Made by a program: the position numbers and the translations under genes. A stretch of DNA of 64,000 nucleotides, taken from assembly GCA_964563755.1 (NCBI GenBank), contig CAZLYC010000001.1, positions 203,548-267,547 of the forward strand, read 5' to 3'. The notes beneath the pieces are model-generated. The model worked only from the letters and a program-made list of their open reading frames with translations, ran no database searches and was not told where the DNA came from. Source of the stretch: an uncultured Methanosarcinales archaeon (GTDB taxonomy: Archaea > Nanobdellota > Nanobdellia > Woesearchaeales > UBA11576). Positions 63,401 to 64,000 of this stretch are shown here, one piece after another; position 1 is the first letter of the stretch, and each line of letters opens with the position of its first letter.

Positions 63401-64000
63401 CGCGAAGAATGACGATAAATTCAAGATGTTTGATGAAATAACATTGTCTGCATGGGTAAAGACGACGAAAGAAGGATTCATAGTCTCGAAATCACTCGCA
63501 TCAGACATAACTACTATCTATAATTTTTCAAGTTGCGGACAGGCAGGAAGATTCGGGCCTTCACAGGGACAGTGCGATTCAGAATATGTCGGAACAACTC
63601 TTGAGGGATTAGTCACTGTCGGTGGCGGAATACAGAGTTGGACTGTGCCTGCAACAGGCAAATACACAATAGAAACAGTAGGCGCAAGAGGTGGTTTAGG
63701 CACTACTTACGTCGGAGGATCCGGCGCTAGGATGAGAGGTGAATTCTATCTGAATGCAGGCACAGTAATAAAAGTGCTTCCCGGACATGAAGGAGGAAAC
63801 ATAACGGGTTACAAGGCAGGAGGTGGCGGTGGCGGTTCATTTGTAGTATACGCAAACAACACACCTCTAATAATTGCTGGTGGAGGTGGCGGTGGCGGTG
63901 GAAACAGCAATGCTGCGAATGGACAGCCGGGCATTACAGGGACGATGGGTGGAAATGGTTCTATGGGAACATATATTGGCGGAATCAATGGTGCAGGCGG
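45480..64000 (+). CDS. Giant cell-surface protein, more than 6,170 aa and truncated by the window end. Domains: signal-anchor, sequon-repeat stalks, Cys-rich modules, beta-helix, SBBP beta-propeller repeats, about 11 LamG domains and a Gly-rich domain
   Basis: Frame 0 is open from the ATG at 45480 to nt 64000 with no stop, which is why it is missing from the ORF track. Hand translation shows a coiled coil plus TM (45664..45726). Repeated FDGVNDYI...FNGTIDEVxIWNRSLSA modules are LamG. WN.S..WN.T..D.A.DVAVDS.GN repeats are SBBP. Three CxGxYxxNDAAxxGLI...CNGT...NVTIxGCxVxNY modules mark beta-helix starts. Confidence 0.85.
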   Translation, partial: MATEDRIKELQSQIAGLDREIEQEKKAEQKIAQEIARNAEKERTASTQRTNQEANKEKSSTSMVTSVVVISLILILSAILVLKTLSPTGYSVLAQNQTPTELLQVEQQMLEDMNVEEVIAIQEATEKNYTEPINETLPEEPQNEIIEEPIPQLPEQQEQNATLNETASETNTTINETMAPVNASVPVVNETVNITNVTLYNETQQINITLNETNITDEFNITLNLTLNETNFTAELNITLNETNLTEQLNITFNETNLTSELNATLNITNETAIISEENLTTETGLPEELIQGYARVGQAVNWTRRILVNTTGELNITLKLPKQTSKVKIYEITGGVDPALVEEEGQTEISGSTVLNARQWSDWHAKIGKTKKLLKSDKIGINNPVLLTQQLEESTDSETDSQTPAIIGYSALNVESGEGVMLKFLNWLSSLFGITGAATLDTESIRLTRPDDGATVDRNLNLLYRAAKDFDSCTLYLDENKVKTDELVLEGLNFFQLSRMSDGIHDWKIVCLDKNREVESETRTFTVGTTTIPTPIQPIIPIQNETTPEQNTTLPENESVEQIEEETEEAEYNFVEINITDTVDEAPKVYEIEYQTAGPEASEQVQNQYIKAVTVGSDIEFKNITAYTELPWVPEWLVKLYWSNKGYEQVEDIKLIDANQDGLYDAMEWTVPHLSNQTYEVNLTYEITQINITHAERTPENGIKEDITGYVADADGSSIQVNTKEIYFELQTDLAENDTISFFAEANKRNTIFLKDMDGNIISTLTLSDKNWSWYNMTITGLSLTTNKFYLSSESLVKYDYITAFDKKLIIPKKMVAPKNVSLVLAQDETVDVTEIRQFKPAEVIVQSTTDQNQTVPIAEFSVEFQSAELDIDMSGLVAETDPVERKSVMHMDEWPAEISHNKTLYIPSHGRGSVYICPEAKNIDEVNQFCPGIVYLKLGENKINKTQEQALLQIETNETLNETINETNGTEILNETTELNETTELNMTSNETILEINQTIEQDINITENVTTEFNTTEQASNETAYNGTTIIVTEVEINGVMFYKVSGLTGTGGGETIEVLNIHSYPILGGVWTVDFITKGTANLTITPIENTSWSEMDTDNIFTANDLEFLELSCGEESLKDNIIAMTENGTAFDYDELANSTVNVTAIIIQNYSCNLTGHLSNKELLSGHHAFFFQFGEANATAYNYVATLSCRVAAACEYTEVLRLSSITNAHVELSNFSNYEYSICCRDLGGQKLRNNCSDPRNVTILKASAETNAHVEKITQSNYNVPVCLSHENRDLNMTCGYDSVNNCSGWQACVASISSTERGMDTNLEVAECGSPNNYTTKICCNIGTNQTGPSLPPAQPNQTGCVGPHDDFTPIDNVTLCAGTYYTNDAAGDGLIKVGSNNVTLNCNGTVMVGNGAGIGIYSNYNVTINGCDVRNYGKGVEVKGSDFLNVTLSWNSTGVDIIDGMAIDSENNLAIAGRWLNGSQNDWGIARYYPNGTQIWNRSLVWNATASDLLMDMTYDSAGNLISVGWWFNNSFYRWAIAKYDSSGNLLFTSSPIFNITKNETATAVATDTLNNIIVVGRKELRSWSEWQIVKYNSTGSLIWNITPLWNNDYGNFLYSVTTDSLNNIIVAGACVWPAKQNWCAAKYYSNGTQIWNRTFVWNATGSQEYAKDVVIDSNDNVILAGRWSNNGNYDWSVIKLTSDGTQLWNKSLKWGDSVDSAESVAVDSNDNILIAGNWRSGSNNVWGVAKYYPNGTQITNRSLFSGSNSLTYANEVVVDSSDNIIVAGSWDNGGGDWNFMKLTPDLTASAFTPRVILNNSYIRNAETGVTLDGTSNSRITNTTITGTTTGLYMSAANGTVITNLTVYNNTNDIYVDGTASSFTYNATNITFDSPAGTLQNYSRLTISDTVDDSTAYSLSWAYMSWTPVKRKSFAQKFIDLTAETGMPNIDSMTWYWLDSELPTYDELRFQVWQFDPVYRGGHTEGNWTRINYQLDTANNLIRLANLIPQSIYGILDSGNEAPNMTGVSLTSQLGKNYTNESLTALALGLSDLDSDNVTLTYNWFVDDKSIAVLNMPFEARRDENESNWTREYSPYMNDGRVQGPRWNKTAGWNNTGAYEFDGVNDYILVSNFDYDILRQGKETSSWTLEARVKPAGSQNSSEKMIVGRAGCHGGIYAFPSDFRFTIKTTDCWTGSKSITYTPPDMNSWYHLVAVYDNRIMSFYANGVLVGTDIFNATMFNYNTNLYIGGIGTYVFNGTVDSVRIYDRALSADQVKALYENKTYLLTEAETRGRETWKVQITPNDGWEDGPAVMSNSLYVYELAFNNTKLNASRPTNYTNESLTVYTDYLNATNRTIVNWFVDNFSMAVLNMPFDGLSPKHPRTENALVGSWWFEGDANDKSGKGMDGVVTGSTVGDGKVDKAYLFNGVDQSINISNYDSLVNNVTNQMTIGLWVKPVGYPAVGYAEALRKEISYHFSYNAAVPGWDIGFKNETNGQQFPGHIDTSQVPLNKWTHLLLTYDGSTISVYVNGVLSKSANLVFKIGSNNNDNLYIGNYGSSEESGLLSRYFNGSIDEVYIWNRSLSATEIRTIYEEGLNNYEDAKDYSTNGNTGTVVNATWNRTGGPNNTGAYTFDGVDDYIIIDHDGSTDMFDSISVEAWVKVSSLGTEQYPSIAGKQYGGLYPSNNPYALYIQNSDDTLRFGKRNIDGIWGGSAYTSVTPYIGEWIHVVGMLDGTNLRLYVNGEKVSEVSTRIGTQNDDSPVLIGADDNDGNGVADNFFNGTIDIVRIYYRALSAEQITALYANRTYLIPSSETRGGETWQALLTPQDSYEDGTAVYSNPIYIYELALLNTKLNASSVTNYTNQNLTVYTTFANGTNNTIVNWFVDNSSMAVLNMPFEALSQKHHEIDDLMVCALQFEGDATDKSGKGNTGIVNGAVIADAKIKKGYSFDGINDYINISNSQSLQNYTSFTVALWFKYAGRGPQNKQYTTIINKNAIGNGNLDPYHIWVENSSQELIVRLGSGTSAIYMSPLISVNDNKFHHVTVVFDDALDKYYMYFDGRRAATNRVSSSWKPTTNTDSLMIGNWQPYGSYFNGTIDEVMIWNRSLSATEARELYDEGLNNYEDAKDYSSNGNTGNVVNATLNKTGGINNTGAYEFNGVGSYIDINNSLSLQDITESSFTFESWYYPSSLPSTNPTHDQHALVCKRGYHTALRFNSGGSFRFSIWNSLNTAFTVTSSAYPANNWYHVVGVADESTKTITLYVNGQKFGPIHYTGILRDYGNVSTRIGLCNDVGLAYDNMANGTIDGVKIYDRALSQDQVISSYEGRLNVTVEAETRGGETWYAELTPQDGYEDGPIVTSNSIYIYDLALLNTKLNATRVTNYTNENLTVYTTFANGTNMTTVNWFVDNTSMAVLNMPFEPLTKKHHNIEESMVGAWWFEENSRDSSGKGNHGTVDGPAITTVGKVGKAYTFNGLWDTIPTTNSASLNITRAITISVWVKPNTIATNPVLIDKGYSTSYYLQLLSAGQIEFGMDYPEISVQSDTGIVLAGEWSHIVGTYDSSVSVNNLKIYKNGKLVNQFTRTGTGTGNSEILTIGSNIYAGEYFNGTIDEVAIWNRSLSAAEVDHLYADSLDNNDGAKDYSTNGNNANISGAIWTSSEGWNNTGTYQFDGIDDYLEVADSASLKPTEAVSIEVWVKPGRQNFTQERYVVLDYQAEKDVSVMSYVDNNNITYGANSMLLDSGQIGTILASQIAVGDVINGTGPFEAAFIGDGGDMPVPASFAGKEFAYNVTRNPPQNISVCAPFEAANVYLYNSSRSQVATFSLTKGSCNKFSYSFADSWFYMNATGRVVAQAMNTFSDAFVMYPLSDDLWGIASGAGYVAIASNGVNVTYYNSDSTTATAVYNYGNSFSPLGGAGQGSGVATHIVANQPAIGVISSADADGGEAATYYPTKELSYVFGIPQYAQYLAFAATQPNTVCYMKYADGRTSPYIHANGTVFTKISGRNLNPPYPNKLYVGNESAAPDQSITNATMFICNNLVYAYYEDNSTADETNMWGLKDPGIVFKPGAYGLAFSPSGKIDGYVNGKGISADGTFDQWQHVVMTYDGAYISIYVNGQLKDRDRLQGSILQSTSTLTIGKYGNEYFNGSIDGLKIYDRALSADQILAAYQNRTDKISDAETRGGETWVSILTPNDGFEDGSSVTSNDLFVYNIGAENITLDSSLGTGTILENLTVKYNLTNGSTISNINWFVNGTSITLLNMPFDALTAKHHEIESSVTAAWQFEGDATDKSSKAQHGTVYGATLSDGKVKNAYSFDGNDDYINAGTVATDFTNGMTIAVWVYYNSLPSWSRIIDFGQNSGDDNILIANWGTTDDLVFDIWNGATDGKITAYDAIDIGKWMHLAFTVDSSGNGAIYKNGKAIKTGTTNVPPAVSRDKAYIGKSNWAADANFSGNIDELYMWNRSLNASEIRGVYEEGLNNYEDTKDYSGNANTGYVNGSAWNSTGGFNNTGAYQFDGVNDYIDLRSYFPDVNISFSILFWVKPGASQVTYADIFGNHGGYKGMVMQQDASNTNSFGWGYGNGTAWAPGLPAVQLIADAWQHIAIVKNTTNCTLYLNSIFNVSIDCSSPYVPNSGRNMWIGQGYQGGPTERFFNGSIDNFMIFNRSLTSSQILALYQNRTNFLSFNETRGGDMWYAEVTPNDGYEDGRTQTTGNVTIKGCAVPYDGLVLTSSVELCPGTFYVNDAAANGLINISASNINITCLGTTLYGNNVGYAFINSPSAAYNNITIQGCRIVNYTRAYTSSPNFGVKNFTFFNNTVVNFSSYALYSQVSGGQNWNISGNRFYGVPTSGSSYGAYLYYNSFSTVENNLFYSNYNGLTIYNSDNTTIRNNTFNQSANVGVYTTGINSADFLTNVTIEYNNFTASSGTQQIHILNYVQNITIRNNSFNAGSSYNIYATGAGNGVNAHKYINISDNNFINVASSQIYFSYSYNSTVRGNNFSTTTGTPTASLYVTSDVDYLTVYDNNFFRQGSYAIYCNAAVGAGVSSFLNITNNLINLSTSRGIYLYDYCDNGVITGNSINSSATANIYLYTTGTVNNTIYNNSFYGVPADYAYVTTTLTGNAFSKRINGVWVGNFWADINSSSIRIYDSNHDGYGDTGGEYPYNSTNRANVYGDVNDYGPILPPDTDQDGAYDRIDCAPNNVTLVPPYDELKVNTSMTFCSGSYRERDAGAFGTIKITNSNINLSCNGTAIIGENTGYGIVNSYSNVTIQGCNVGNYSTAALAGGLWNRTFVWNATGNDVPYGVAVDSLDNTYVAGYWYNGSQSDWSFVKYDSYGNYVFNRTFVWNATGNDSARAVAIDIYGNIYVTGSWRNDSQDDWGLVKYNSTGDYVWNRSFVWNSTGSDVAYDVAVDYSGNVYVTGIWRNGTQGDWGLVKWDANGNYLWNISKVWSPTNDDTAWGVATDSQGNVIVAGAWRNGSSHDWGIVKYSTDGVLLWNSSSGWSGTQTDEAWDVAVDNQDNILASGEWSDAFGEYWGVAKFRSSDGLLLWNKSVAWNPTFNGIALGVDSDSKNNVLIGGYCYVGSSEEWCAAKFSPDGIILWNRSVVWNATGDDYIWDVAVDSSDNLLAAGHWKRGNRNTWGIAKLSGAGDIITSNSIFINDTFANSTKGIELSGRITYTNITNSTLWSNTYGAHLGNESARTTIAHSTANASTSRGIYVDKANDTRLINVTLYNTTIGMYVEAGQNPIWLNITDASFRPNNGLLNNYTKLNVSDIVNASSAYSITWATNTTPLSERMPPFRYKFVDITTQAGATSIDRVTWSWLDSELTGYDETNFTLWKYTTYWVNISSQLDTASNTLTVYNLNPQSIYGILQDGNAAPTITSVIVNSTYGMNYTDENITAYAFGMSDPNNDNITLIYNWFVNNRSLAVLNMPFEADNGNEYVIARDFSDIGEDGTVYGAVWNRTGGINNSGAYQFDGVNDYIDAKNDDKFKMFDEITLSAWVKTTKEGFIVSKSLASDITTIYNFSSCGQAGRFGPSQGQCDSEYVGTTLEGLVTVGGGIQSWTVPATGKYTIETVGARGGLGTTYVGGSGARMRGEFYLNAGTVIKVLPGHEGGNITGYKAGGGGGGSFVVYANNTPLIIAGGGGGGGGNSNAANGQPGITGTMGGNGSMGTYIGGINGAG
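46076..46303 (+). repeat. Tandem 39-bp repeats encoding about 13-aa N-glycosylation-sequon repeats (NITLNETNxTxEL) within the giant ORF
   Basis: About 5 to 6 imperfect direct repeats are visible in the DNA (…gaactcaacataacactgaacgaaacaaacctcacagag / cagcttaacataacattcaacgagactaacctgacatca…). Confidence 0.7.

Noticed and set aside
45500-63703. Many 60 to 106-aa minus-strand ORFs and three short plus-strand ORFs (56254, 61858, 62188) inside the giant gene
   Set aside because: All fall within the continuous, domain-rich frame-0 ORF starting at 45480. They are out-of-frame or antisense noise.
1-64000. CRISPR arrays, rRNA genes, transposase or IS elements
   Set aside because: No regularly spaced direct repeats with unique spacers, no rRNA-like conserved stretches and no transposase-like ORFs were recognised anywhere in the window.

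Overview
The window looks like an archaeal, DPANN-like contig: moderately AT-rich, r-proteins with Lys/Glu-rich tails, a fused primase and Hef. It has two distinct halves.

The first ~19 kb is core information processing: the 3' end of a Hef helicase/nuclease gene, a small Toprim protein and a PriS-PriL-like primase. These are followed by the complete archaeal ribosomal-protein superoperon (uL3 through uL15, with aSUI1 and RNase P Rpp29 embedded), then SecY, a DUF106/Oxa1-like insertase and a radical-SAM-like enzyme.

The second ~45 kb is an accessory cell-surface region. It contains a PadR / MacB-type ABC exporter / COG1361-like operon, paralogous membrane-anchored proteins and a minus-strand operon of small secreted proteins. 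Next comes a tandem block of four large secreted fibre-like proteins. Three of them combine an LVIVD beta-propeller with a phage-tailspike-type C-terminal intramolecular-chaperone (peptidase S74-like) domain. The fourth has NVGIGT beta-helix-like repeats and a peptidase G2-like chaperone domain, and is preceded by a translationally coupled 59-aa AbrB/MazE-like ORF. An ~0.7 kb AT-rich divergent intergenic region carries five copies of a CTTAC-N3-GTAAG palindrome.

That region leads into a small HTH gene and a giant ORF of more than 6,170 codons that stays open to the window end. The giant ORF is absent from the ORF track because it has no stop. It carries sequon-repeat stalks, beta-helix/SBBP modules, about 11 LamG domains and a Gly-rich domain.

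One more copy of the palindrome sits in the promoter of the secreted-protein operon, suggesting a shared regulon. A duplicated ~95-bp element with terminal inverted repeats lies upstream of two membrane-protein genes. No rRNA, tRNA or CRISPR array was recognised.
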